64,000 nt of DNA from NCBI GenBank assembly GCA_009103225.1, contig RHPI01000810.1, forward strand, positions 620,001 to 684,000. The letters run 5' to 3'. Below the pieces are notes generated by a model, which was not told where the DNA came from, made no database searches, and saw nothing but the letters and a program-made list of their open reading frames with translations. This stretch comes from Chlorokybus atmophyticus. Its lineage: Eukaryota > Plantae > Mesostigma and Chlorokybus algae. The position numbers were made by a program, and so were the translations under genes. Every line of letters begins with the position of its first letter. Position 1 is the first letter of the stretch. This document shows, piece after piece, positions 12,744-24,763 of the stretch.

Positions 12744-15480
12744 ATGCAAAATGATGGTCCTGTCTTGGAGTCAGCACAGCAGCACGGGTTGTCGGACAAG
12801 TTGCAGAAGAGTTCCAATGGCGCGAGGAATGGCACACATAGGAGTGTTGTTGATGAAATTCTGAACGCTGATGACGAGTATGGTGATTTTGGGGACGATC
12901 TTTATGCGGACTATGATGAAGACAATGACCATACACAAGACGCACGCAGAACATTACAGGCATACAAGCATGACACCAGAGACAGCCCACGAGCGCATAT
13001 GCAACATGCGGCGTAAGTGGCCGCAGCCTCTGTAGTGAACTGTGCGTTCTTGTGCTCTCTCCATGTGATTGTTGAATTTTGCATGCTATAGTTTTCTTCA
13101 GGGAAGAAACTTTGTTACCGGAATTGTATTGCGTGTTAGCTTAGCCATGGACATGGCAGGCTTAGGGCTGGGTTAGTGTTGACCATGTGTGCTAGAGCTG
13201 CTTCTTTGTCGCCCCGCCTGGCCAATATGGGCTTTATGTTAAATGTTGTCTGTATGCCTGAAGACGCAAAGAAGAGAGGAGGCAGGGTGACAGACACCGA
13301 AAAGACCATACCGAAGCTGCTCGTGCAGTGCGCAAGGTTTGTGTCCTGTGGCTTGTTGCAAGCATATGGCTTGCTCTGCACCGTTGTCAAGTCGTCCGTT
13401 GTCACAGGATTCAGTTGCTGCACACGCCATCAACACCGAGCGGCCAAGCACACGGCATGCAGGTGAGCATTTGCAAATTTGGACCTGAGCATTTGCTAGC
13501 GTGGGTGGTTGTTCTTACCATCTGGCAGCACCCGCAGGAGCACTGGAGGAGAACCAGCAACGGTCGAGGCATATTGACAAAGACGTTCACAGCAGGCTAG
13601 GCCAGGCACAGGGACGCCGATATCTACGCCGCTACTTCATCATAAAGAGCTTTAATCGCGAGAACATCACAAGGTCCATTGAGAATGGCATATGGGCCAC
13701 GCAGAAGGTCAATGAGGCAAAGCTAAATGAAGCCTTCAATGTAAGTTTGTGGTCATGTGCAGCACTGCTTTTCATTGGGTATCTCAGGTGTTGCATGCTG
13801 CTGGGATTGTGCATACGTTTTGACATGCTTATCGCTTGCCTACAGTCAAGCGATCAAGTCTTGCTGGTATTCTCAGTCAATGGAAGTGGACATTTTCAAG
13901 GGTTTGCCCGGATGACATCACCAATTGGACGCAAGGCACATTCTGTCTGGTCGGGGGGAGACCATGGCGGTGCAAAGCCATGGGGTGCATCATTTGGCGT
14001 AGAATGGATACGCCTGTATGACTTGCCCTTTGAAAGAACAAATCATCTGCACAACCCATGGAATGAGGACAAGCCAGTGAAAATCAGCAGGGACGGGCAG
14101 GTATGAATGCGTCCCATGGTTGTTTGCAAAGTACGGTAGTCATATTCTCCCATGGCATTGAGCTGCGTGTCTACGCAGGAGCTGCCCATGGAGTTAGGTG
14201 ATGAGCTTTGTCGGTTGTTTCACGAGGGCGCAGACGGCATGCTGCATAAACGGTACGGACAAAAGAGTTAAACTGGGGGGATGGTCCCATCCCACAGTGG
14301 CAAGCGTACTCAGTTTTGCGCTGTCGGGTGTACAGGCAAGGCGGGGGTGATTTCTTACCACCTGCTGGAGTGAAGCGCCATCGACCTGCACGCCCACCCT
14401 TGGACATGCCATGGCCAGGGCCACAACCTTACCTGCCTGTCAACAGCATGATGCATCCACCAGGGCCAATGGGAGCGTTTCCGTACATGCCTCCCCCTGG
14501 AATGGGCTACGGCGGCTTTCATTTTTCAGGAAATGGTCCTGCTGGTGCGTTGGGTAAGAAGACCTTGTGCTCGCTACTGGCTATGCAACGATGCTGTGAG
14601 CAGATCTCTTATGTCTTTTCCATGCCTTGCAGATACCAGGCCAGGAAGCAAGGAACACCGTAGGCCGCCCAGGCCTGAAGCAGAACCGCGTCACAGGTGG
14701 GTGAATTCAGAACTAATGAAGTGACATGGTACTGCTCTCCGACACCTTCATGTTGGGTCTCATTAGGTCTAGAAGTCGATCTCCTGAGCGCAGTGCCAGG
14801 GCGCGCTCTCGAGACAGCGAGCGCCAGCGTGCGGACACGCTTGAGCAACCCAAGACGCCAGCTTTGGTTGCAACAGATATTGCTGATATGGTGAGCCAGT
14901 TTACGAGCCAGTTGGACTTGTGGTGCTGTATTGCAGTTGTGAATTACGTACACATATGGCCACTTATGCATGACGTGAACACAGCGTCCTGTATGAACTC
15001 CGCTGTATGTGCTTTTGCGTAGACATATGAAGAGTATCTGGAGCATTTTACAAACAAACAGCAAAGTTGTGAGCCCAGCAATGGCGCTCTTAGCATGGCA
15101 CCAGGCATGAGCATGCCCGGTGCTTATGCTCCTGGCGGAAATAGCTACAACATGGCAGCACTTTATGGTGGCATGTCAATGGCCCTGGCTGCTGGTGTAA
15201 CAGAAGAGGAGTAAGTGTGTGTTGTTGCAAACAGCTGTACAGTGCATGCTGAATGCTGTTCTGCCATTACCTTGTCGTACAGAGTTCATGTTCCGCTTGT
15301 GTCACCAGGTATTTGGAGTACATGAAGCACATGCAGCGGCAAGCCGCACATAGAACTAGTAGGTCAGCGCATGGTAGTGACGTATCTCCCAGTCAGCACC
15401 TGTCCTCCCCAACAGCTGCAGACAGCACAGAGCGCGGCAGTCACATCCATCGCAAAAGCGCGCGAGCAACTGCCAAGTAA
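12744..15480 (+). CDS. YTH-domain m6A reader, YTHDC/ECT12-like, multi-exon; N-terminal exon structure uncertain
   Basis: RYFIIKSFNRENI...GIWATQ...VFSVNGSGHFQG...PWGASFGVEW...PVKISRDGQELP; C-terminal DMTYEEYL-type motif; no CCCH fingers seen, arguing against CPSF30-L. Confidence 0.88.
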
Positions 15481-15714
15481 TGTGGTCAGCTCAGCAGGTC
15501 TGCAACAGCACCCCATGCAGTGCCCTTGTACAGTTTGCCCAGTTACCATCGTGGTGACCTGTTGTCAAGTTTGATTCTGCCTCCTCACTCATATAGCTTC
15601 CATGGCTTTTGTCTGTAGGGCACCAACACTGGAGTGCCTGCGTGCTTGGTCAGTTGGATGGTTGCCACATGACATCGTGGTCTACAAACCTGGGATGGTA
15701 TGCCCCTTGACCGC

Positions 15715-15754
15715 GTGGTCGCATGAAGTGTTGTGTGGTCGCATGAAGTGTTGT
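15715..15754. repeat. Tandem repeat, 2 x 20 bp
   Basis: GTGGTCGCATGAAGTGTTGT twice, adjacent. Confidence 0.85.
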
Positions 15755-17245
15755 GCAGTCGCTGTGCATTGCAATAACATGACAATGTTTGTGTGCATGT
15801 GTATATTATTGGCATACGGTATCATAGACATGCAGCAAGCCATAGCTAGTCGAGTAGAACCACACAACCGCACAAGAATATAAGGTTGGCCAGGGGGTGC
15901 AGGTGGCCGCTGTCGTCACAGATACATTGACTTCCTCTTGTCGGAAGGAGTTCATAAATACACACGGTGTCACCCAACAGCGCGCTTCTTCCTTTAGTGC
16001 AGTACTACACCACATTGTGTGCATGCATATGCGTGCAAGTGCGTGCAATAATAGGAATGGCAGCAATGGACAACCACCTGCAGCAGCCGAGCAGGTGCAT
16101 GCTTGTATAAATTATATGTGATTCATTTGCAACTTGTGGCTAGCAAGATGCAGTAACTGTCTTTCATCACAATCACTACCACTCCCTCATAACATTAATT
16201 CCAAGGCCCTATGCAACACAATCCTTGCATACTATACAATACACTGCGCTTACACCAACCGTTGTGACAGGAAATAGTACGAGTTATCACATGGAGCCAC
16301 TTCCGTTAAGAGGCGGTCAACAATAAGCTAGTTACACGACATAAGGAACTCAAGCATAAGCGCATGATAGTGCTGCACTTGATCTATCAAATACATGCTC
16401 ACAAGCTAGGCTCTTGTCGAAGAAGAGGCATTGCACTAATCAATGTACAATATAACGCGACAGTATGCAAAGAACAAGCATACACAACGGTTGCATGAGG
16501 GTTGCTCGCACACAGCGTGTAGATAGAACAGCATAATATATACACAATGTATGAATTGTACATACATAATATTGCATGTTTATGTGACATGAGGATAGCA
16601 CACTTTATGGTTATGGCTTCTTTTAGCGTCCAAGATGATGGCCGGGGTGGTGACATAACGACATTTGTATGAGAGCGGCTTGCACAACCCATAGCAACAA
16701 TTGAATGCAGAATCCTGCATGCGACCATAGCTGGAGGTTGAGCGCGCCTATTAGAACGGTAGCGCATGGCCATCGCCCTTACCATTGCAAGCTTCATAGA
16801 GCAGTAACAAAGACTACTAGGTGCAATTTCGTGACCTAGCGCGCAAGCCGACAAAACGCAAAACTGTAACAAGCATGTTAGGCAACACACAAGACACTAG
16901 CCAGCATTCAGGCACCGCTGGCTAATCTATGCAAAGTGCCCCCCAGCTACCTACTTGTCGAACACATATTTTTGTACTGGACATGCCGTAAGGTTGTACC
17001 TGAAAATAGGCAGCTGTCACTGAATGCGCTACACTGTCACAGCATGGTGGTATCAATGTAGCACTCTTCAGACAATAATTGCGATATAAATCAGTTGACC
17101 GCTCCGCTTTGTATACCATGTAACGATATACATGGCGCACATGAGGCCGCAAGACAATACAGCAGCAATTTGCCGTTACCACTACATTGAATGCGTATCC
17201 ACGCAGATGTTGTTTTAATCATGACGTACCATTGCTCAGGTTTTG

Positions 17246-18922
17246 TCAGCCGCATGTAACATCCGAGTAGAACAGCACTTGCCGCCTCTGGCAGGTGTTG
17301 ATCTGTCTCAGCTCAATGTCAAAAACCTCATACTGCTTGGAACTGAAGAACGTGCTTGGTCCAGTCTGTGCAACAGGAGCGTAAGTTAAAGGAACACACA
17401 GCGCCAAAGCTGTAGTTGCGCTGATAGAATCGAGCAAGCAACACTGAGTTCTGTTCAGTATAAAGTTCAGCAACCAGTGCATGGAGCAAGAATGCGAGGG
17501 TGTGTGCTTACCGGTGGGCCAAGCTCTGGTGGAATGATGATTCGGCGCTTGCCACCAATGCGCATCGTGCGAATGCCCTCCTCAAATCCTGGCAACGCAT
17601 AGACCAGCAATGCAAAAATGCAGTCAGCCCCAAGAGTTTGATAAGTGACGTGGCTGGCACTAGCATTTGACAACCAGCGCGACTGCAATGATGCAGCCTT
17701 CATTTGGCTGAACTCTTTACAAGGTTCCCTGCATACTTGTAAAGAACAAATGCATTGAAACAATGTGCACACACCTGGTATCATGCCACCAATGCCTAGA
17801 CGGAAGCGCGCGGGGCGATTCTGCTGATACGTGCTGTCCACTCTTCGCCCGCTCTCGTTGTAACCGGTGTAGTCAAACACCAGCTGCAAAGGCACATGCG
17901 CATGGTCACACACACGCATGCATTATGCAAACGGTGAGCGACATTCTTTTAACCCACGCATTGGTTGAAAAGAGAATGGGGAGACTGTCTGCAGTATTAC
18001 CTCTTGGCCTTCTTTGGGCAAATCGCCTGCGCCTTCTACAAAGTCGCGATACAATAAACCGGAGCTGCTGGTGACATAACCTTCTGGAGTGAGCACGCGC
18101 ACATCATAACCTGCGTCGGATTACATCTGATGAGACTGTGCTTGCAGAAGCACTGTGCATGCCAGACTGCTGACTTTTCAAGACGCATGCGACGCGTGTG
18201 CAAGACCTCAGCGCTGCAAGGTCAATATCTGCTGATATGTTGCCAGCTGCTCAAGCATCTCAATCACAGTCGACAGCGTCCCATGGCAGTTGAGCGGACA
18301 GTACGACCAGCAAGACAACAAACCTTCTCTTACAAAGGCAGGGAAGCCGTCAGGGACGTTGTTAAGGCTCTGTATCCGCCGATTATACTCAAGCAGCTTC
18401 TCCTCCGGCGTTTGCGAAGCTGCTGCATGTGCACCCAGCACAGGTACCGCAGCCACCGCAGCCGCAAGCAACGCTGCCAGCTGGCGCCGGCTCACTGCCT
18501 TGCCTTCTAGGCTATTGAGAAACCATACACCAGCTGTCAAGCTGATAGCACAATCTCAAACCTCCGGTGCATGCAGGCAGTGAGATCAGAACCACAGAAA
18601 CCACAACAACATGCTCAAAGCACAGCGCAATGCCCGAACGGTGAGGGCTGTGTGCTCTATGTCAGGACCATGAGCTTTACTGAGCGGTCAACGTGCAAGA
18701 TACATCCAGAAGACTAGCATGCAGTTAGCAACAGCACAACCCAACGCACCTTTGGCGCACGTCTGGCGCACCGCTGCCATGGCTGCCAGCCCGGCACAAC
18801 ACCCTCGACGGACGTTTGGTCAGGGAGGTGGAAGAAGAGGAAGCCTCCTTCTGCACGGGCTTGAGAGGCAGCCCGCGCAGACCCCATGCCGCCGCTGGCA
18901 CGGCGCACGCGGACAGCGACAT
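17246..18922 (-). CDS. FKBP20-2: Thylakoid-lumen FKBP-type PPIase, FKBP20-2 orthologue
   Basis: SRRQ twin-arginine-like transit, LLEYNRRIQSLNNVPDGFPAFVREG, YTGYNESGRRVDSTY, RRIIIPPELGPPVGPSTFFSSKQYEVFD and C-terminal FYSDVTCG. Confidence 0.93.
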
Positions 18923-18962
18923 GCTGGATGACGACAATAACGCCGGCCGCAGCTCTGTAGTT

Positions 18963-18970
18963 TAGGGTTT
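18963..18970. promoter_or_regulatory. Telo-box in the 85-bp spacer between the divergent FKBP20-2 and TIM21 start codons
   Basis: TTTAGGGTTT at 18961-18970. Confidence 0.5.
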
Positions 18971-19007
18971 GCAGGCGGATGTCAGCGGCGGCGGCGGGGT
19001 TGGCGTT

Positions 19008-20661
19008 ATGGCTGCTTTGTGGAGGGTAGCAGCTGTCCAGGTGACTAATAATCTGCAAGCTTGCACGCATCCGCTCACAATTGTCTTGATTGCTGAGTGC
19101 TGCTCTGAAGCACCTGCATGGAGGAGGCGGCTTTCATCGATTCATCAAAATGATGTATTCGTCTGTATGTGTGCAGGCCTTGAAAAGGTCTTCTAGCAAG
19201 GCCAACGCCTACAGTGCTTTCGGGAATCAGAGTGTGCTGAACCATGCAGCTGCTGCTGTTGCTGCTTCTGGTGAGTGCTTTGGCAAGCAAGGACTTGATC
19301 ACATGCAGCTGTTGACACAAGCATATGGTCACAAGCTGTGCGATTGTTGTAAATTCAAGTTGGCATTATACTGTCGCCTAGTTTAAGTCATAGTTTCCAG
19401 GCGTGCATGCAGTCAACCAGACACCGACGATGCAACTCAATGTCATCAGGTATTGCGCATGCGCACAGCACCTGCATGTATGGGACACATGCAGCAGGCG
19501 GTTCGCACCAGTCTGTGCTGAGCACCCTGCCATTTGGCGTTGGTTACCCTGGCGCTGCTCGCTGCCTGGCTTCCAGCGCAGCCGCTGAAAACCAGAAGCA
19601 ACAAGTAAGCACAGCAGACTTGCATGCATTGCATGCATTGTTAGGCTGCATGCATGGTTGCCAGGCAGACACAGGTTGCTTGCTGGGTTCAATCTAATGC
19701 TGTCAAGCACAGCGAATGTCGTGCTTTCACGCAGCCTTGGCGTCGGTCACATTGTTGGGTTGATGAGTAGTATGTTGTTAAACAGAAGCAGCAAGACTTG
19801 GTTAGCGCCGAGGAAGAGTTTGATGCCATCACAGACAAAATCCCCGAAAGACCAGTTACGGCGGTGGAGGGAGCGTCATGGTCGATTGTGATCTTGGCTG
19901 CTTTGGGCATAGCAGCGGTAACTATGTGGGCTGTGTTCAAAGAGCTTGTGCTGGAGCCCACGGAGTGAGTTGCTGGTTTCAGCCATTGTCACTGCTTTGC
20001 GCGTGGCCATTGTTGCTTGTCATCATCGTGCATGGCTTTCAGAAGCTCAGCTGGTTTCAACACCTTTCGCAGGTATATCATTTTTGGCAAGTCTCTGAAA
20101 CGGGTCCAAGACGACAACAGGGTATGCATTGCCACCAGGGTCAGCTTGTTCGGCACGGCAGCAGCAGCTACAGGCTGTGTTGTGAGGCGATTGTTGCTGG
20201 GTGTACTGCTCATGCGTGTATGTGTCAGGTTGTGTTGCGCATTGGGAGTCCCATAAGTGGCTATGGAGAGGAGAGCCGCAACAGAGCTGCCCGGCAGCGA
20301 ATACGGCATCGCGAATACAAGGATGCTGAGGGCACACCGCACATGCAGGCACGTGACCATGCAATCGTAATCATTAACAGTACTTGCCTACCTTACCTGA
20401 TACTGTTATTCCTGACAAGTGTTAGCTTAACGGGTGCCAAATCTCGTGCACCGAGAGTGTTTGATGCAGGAGCCAGAGCTGACACTGGTTGATGTATAGG
20501 TTCAGTTTCATGTTCGTGGACCAACTGGCACTGGCATTGTCAATGCAGACATGTACAAGAAGGGTAAGGAATGGGAGTATAGTTACCTCTACACGGATAT
20601 CACAGCTCCTTACCCAACGCGAATAGTGCTTGAACCACGAACAGAGTCATCGTCAAGTTGA
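19008..20661 (+). CDS. TIM21: Mitochondrial import inner membrane translocase subunit Tim21-like
   Basis: [67 protein letters not shown] and EWEYSYL match plant Tim21; GT-AG introns; stop TGA at 20659-20661. Confidence 0.9.
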
Positions 20662-21094
20662 CACCTTGGGTATGTTGTGCTGAGTGTATGATGCGCCTTG
20701 TTGTGTGTTTGCCATTACGCGGTCTTCTTGTGGGGTGTGCTAGGACTGAAAGGTATGCACCCAGCAATGCACCTGCTCTCGGTGTTCGCTTCAATGCTGG
20801 GGTTGTTCGTGTGTATGCAAGGGTGGCATCTGTTAGAGCATGTGTGCTAAGCAACCTCAGGCGCATTATATAAACGAAATTCAAGGAGATGCATAATGGA
20901 CATTTCAGCGCGTGTATGTGTTGCTTTTTTATTCCTTATGGGTATACAAAGCACAGCCACCTTAACATTCCATCCATTGTGGAAGAGTATAAAGCCATCT
21001 AATGATGACACCATGTGATAGTAAAACTCGTAAGATGATAACCTTTGGGTTTGCATTATACCTGCTATTAGTTATGGTGTTGTAATTTGGGGTA

Positions 21095-21460
21095 TCACCA
21101 ATTGAGTTGAATGCAACACCATGACCTCATGCCAATAACATGATGTTATTCAAGCAAAGTCCTCGTTATTAGAATATTCCATTATATAACGTCAATTGAC
21201 AGGTCGAGGTCATGTTAGTGAAGGCATGTGATAACTAGAATGAAGGAGCCCGTATTATACAATTGAAGGTTACCATAATAAGAGCTGAGTGCATCACCAC
21301 GACCTCATGCCAACAACGTCGTGGTGATGTTATTGCAGCAACTTTCGGCTTTAATTTCTGATAATCAAGACTTTTTGCAATATATAACATCAATTAAGAT
21401 AGGTTGAGGTCATGACATCGCAGGCATGTGAAAAGGAGGAGCCTCTATTATACAAGAATA
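21095..21460. repeat. Diverged tandem dimer (~180-200 bp unit), each unit bracketed by an inverted repeat
   Basis: CATGACCTC (21120)...GAGGTCATG (21206) and CACGACCTCA (21298)...TGAGGTCATG (21405), with shared internal motifs (TATATAAC.TCAATT, GGCATGTG, GGAGCC..TATTATACAA). Confidence 0.6.
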
Positions 21461-22132
21461 CACAACAGTAAACACGTGTCAGCAGGTTACAGCCGCTGAT
21501 CAACAGCTACCGTGCAGGTAGTTGAGTCTGTCAAGTGCATGCATGCATGAATACAGCTGCAGGGTGGGGTAGAGTACATAGAGAAGTAAACAGCGTGGTT
21601 TAACTCGGTGGTCGCATAAAAGGAGCACGTGTGCGAAAAGTGTGAAGTTGTTGACATGTGAAGTTACGCAGGTGGATGTACAGGCATTAAGGGTGTACGT
21701 TGGCACGTACAAATATAAGTACTTATACTTGTACCATTTGCTTATTAATAGGTTGCGGGCATTAACGACATTGTAACATAGGTAATTATAGGTTGGGATC
21801 TTGTGGCTTAAGGCCTTCAACTACCGAGGCATACGCGGCTCTTACTTAGTATGAGTATGTGTGTAGGGTTTTATGCTGGTCGTGTTTGGTTGGGCATGGT
21901 GGCCGTTACATATAATGGCAGCACTATACATTCAACGCTTGTATGTCATTAATAATAGAGGTTGACGAGTTACAGGTAAGAGCAGTGCGAGGGATTGTCC
22001 AACTGCCCGCATGCATGTTAACCAGTCAGCATATCTCACAATAGTAGTGCCTGTGCATGCTGATCGAACATTGATATAACATGATGAATGACATTATGCT
22101 GGCTTTATGATGGCAGCGGATTGATGCGCGTA

Positions 22133-22207
22133 TGTAACGGAGTGCTACCGCTATGCGGTTCCCCGCCCTTATTTGATGAGAAATAAGGTAGCACCCCCCT
22201 TTTTACA
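22133..22207 (+). repeat. 5' LTR (75 bp, internally shortened relative to the 3' LTR)
   Basis: Matches 28453-28508 plus 28757-28775 with 4 substitutions over 75 bp; followed by an iMet-type PBS (10/12 match to TGGTATCAGAGC). Confidence 0.9.
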
Positions 22208-23110
22208 TTTGTTATCGGAGCGAGGGCATGGGGGCCTGGGGGGGCAGCGACGGCGTCGGCGGCGGGGCGCAGAGGCGGCAGTCGACACTGCTGCTCAGAC
22301 GTCAGGCCGGCGGCCTAACAGCGGCGGCAGCGGCGGCAACAAGCAGCCGCTACCCATTAGGGTGGGTAGTGGTAGTTGTTAGCTAGTTGTTGTTGTTGTA
22401 TGGTTGTATAGCGCTGCTGTTGGCCTAGCCTAGCCTTGCCTTGCCTTGCCTTGCTTGCTTAGCCTAGCCTAGCTTGCCTGGCCTAGCCTAACTTGTTAGT
22501 GTAAAAGGGAGGCGGCCACTCAGGCAGCCTCACCTCAAGTATTGCATCCCAGCACATCACTTTTAACTTGATTTCACATATTACTTGATTGTGATTGTGC
22601 TCGTGGTTGGGGCTGCCACCACGTGGATTCGTGGTGGTGTAAAGGGGGGTTGTGGTTGTTTACACATCTCCCACCTCAAGAAAGCAGTCTAATGCCAACT
22701 TGGGCTGTTTTGGCCGCCATTCAGTGCGGTAGGGCCGCCAGATTCATTCTTGGCGGTCGATATCAAAACCCCGACTCACAACTTGTTGATGTCGGCCTGT
22801 AGGGCTGATTCAACGAGAGTTTGGCACCGTTTGTGTCTTTTACAATTGTGAGTTGAGCAGGGTTGTACAAAGTGAAAACTTTGAGTTGTAACTTGTGAAC
22901 CGTCGCGTGGATCCGCGTGCGGTTTGTTTACAAATGAGTGTCTTGTTGAGAGGTGTTGGGCAGTTGTTTTACAGGCTGTTTAACCCAAGTATAGCACCTT
23001 GAAATCAACGAGAAAGAAACAACCAATATTGACACTTTTAAAGTGCACAACTCGTGTGCTTGTGCACTCGTGCACTTGCAAACGTCTTGACGGCTTGTCT
23101 CCTTGGGCAG

Positions 23111-24547
23111 ATGTCTCATCAAGGAGAGGAAGGAGGGATGTATCCCGTACCTGAGGATTCATCCTATGAGCCATCAAGTGATGAGGAAGTGAAGCACTCA
23201 GAAACAAGTGGTGGTTACAGTGTCAGTGAGGAGGAAGAAGCCAAGTCTAAGAGTGGTGAAGCTTCTTCAAAGAAGTCCTCTCATAATGACCAACCTATGG
23301 ACGCTCAGAGCATCATCGGGGCGGCCATAGCGAAGTACGCATCAGAGCGTGAAGCTCTTCTTGCTGCACACCCCCAGCTTTGCAAGGAAGTGTGGGATGA
23401 GTGGGCGCAGCAAGTGCGTAACGCATATGAGACGGACTTTGCGGCACTCCCGCGCGCAAGCAAGGAGATGGTGATTCGCATGATCGAGCACGAGTTGACG
23501 CGTAATGTACCGCAACTCATGCGCACAGATCCGGCAGTGGCCACTCTTATGGCTACTCATGACAAACCAGGCCCGTATCCAGGCTAGAGGATGGCGTTCG
23601 AGGCTCTCACCTTATTGACGGTGGAAACTCAAAAGCGTCGCAAGGACCTCTTTTTATACTTTGGGCCTGAGCTGGAGGACAAGTTAGCTCGAGAAGAGTG
23701 CTTGACTGCACGTCTCGATGCTATGCTGTACGAGTTGGTGGCATTACGCCAGCAGGTGGCAGGGGCTACTATTATTGTAGCAGGGACATCAGTTGGCCTA
23801 CCCGTCACAGCGCTGAACAAGCCCGAGAAGTTCAAGCCCAATGGGGCTGTGAACATTCATGATTGGGTGGTGAATGTAAAGCGCTACTTGGCTGCACTTT
23901 AGCGACCAGTTAGTGAGCATACATCTGTTGCTCAGTTGCTCATGCCACCTGACGCTTTGGCCGAGTGGGCGTGTCAAACAGAGGATGGTGCTTCCAAGAC
24001 TGTGGAGGCATTATTTCAGTTCTTGGTGGAGCGCTTTGGTGGCATGGACCCGGCTACTGCTGCTCGCAACAAGCTTACCAAGCTGCGTCAGAATGGTCAG
24101 GCGGCTTCAATGTACTTGCAGGAGTTCCAGGCGCTTGTTGGCCGTGTTACCAGTGGGCTCATGCCCATGGACAACGCTGAACAGTTTGACCTGTACAAGC
24201 GCGGCTTGGATGTGCGCTTGCGCGATCAATTGCAGTACAACACGTCGACGGGGCAACCGTGGGTTCCCGCGGACCTCGAGAGGCTGAGTGTGAATCTGCT
24301 CAATAACGATGCTACGGCTGTGCAGGACAAGTCACAGGTGGTGGCTTCAGTCAAGCCACATGAGGGAGGGGGGAAGCGGTTCCCTCCACCAAGTGCGCAT
24401 GTGGCAAAAAAGGCCAAGACCTCATATGCACCTGCGAGTGGTGCTACGCCTATTGCAGCACGCTCCTGCTACGTGTGCCATCAGCCAGGTCACATTGCGA
24501 AGAACTGCCCAACCAAGGGAAAAGGCAAGGCCAAGAAGGTTGAATAG
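23111..24547 (+). pseudogene. gag: gag with acidic N-terminal extension and CCHC zinc knuckle; two internal TAG stops
   Basis: One reading frame from ATG 23111; stops at 23585 and 23900; ARNKLTKLRQ..YLQEF..L capsid motif; CYVCHQPGHIAKNC. Confidence 0.85.
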
Positions 24548-24763
24548 GATTATGTCGTGATTGATGTACCTTCATCAAGTGGCCAGTTGCTAGTGTTACA
24601 TACAGCAAACTGGTTTAATGAATTGTCTCGTGTACATGTAATGACACATGCATGGCAAGCACATGATAAACTGCCACTTTTTGATAGTGAAAAAGTGGAT
24701 GACCAGGCTTGTGTGCTAGTGCATGTAGAATTTACATGCTAACAGAAGTTTTGCGCACATTGT

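Noticed and set aside
13176-13466. Possible CCCH zinc fingers, which would make the YTH gene CPSF30-L
   Set aside because: No C-x8-C-x5-C-x3-H pattern in any frame; YTH residues fit the ECT12/YTHDC type better
16399-16890. 163-aa minus-strand ORF between YTH and FKBP20-2
   Set aside because: No recognisable motif in any frame; composition like intergenic or 3' UTR sequence
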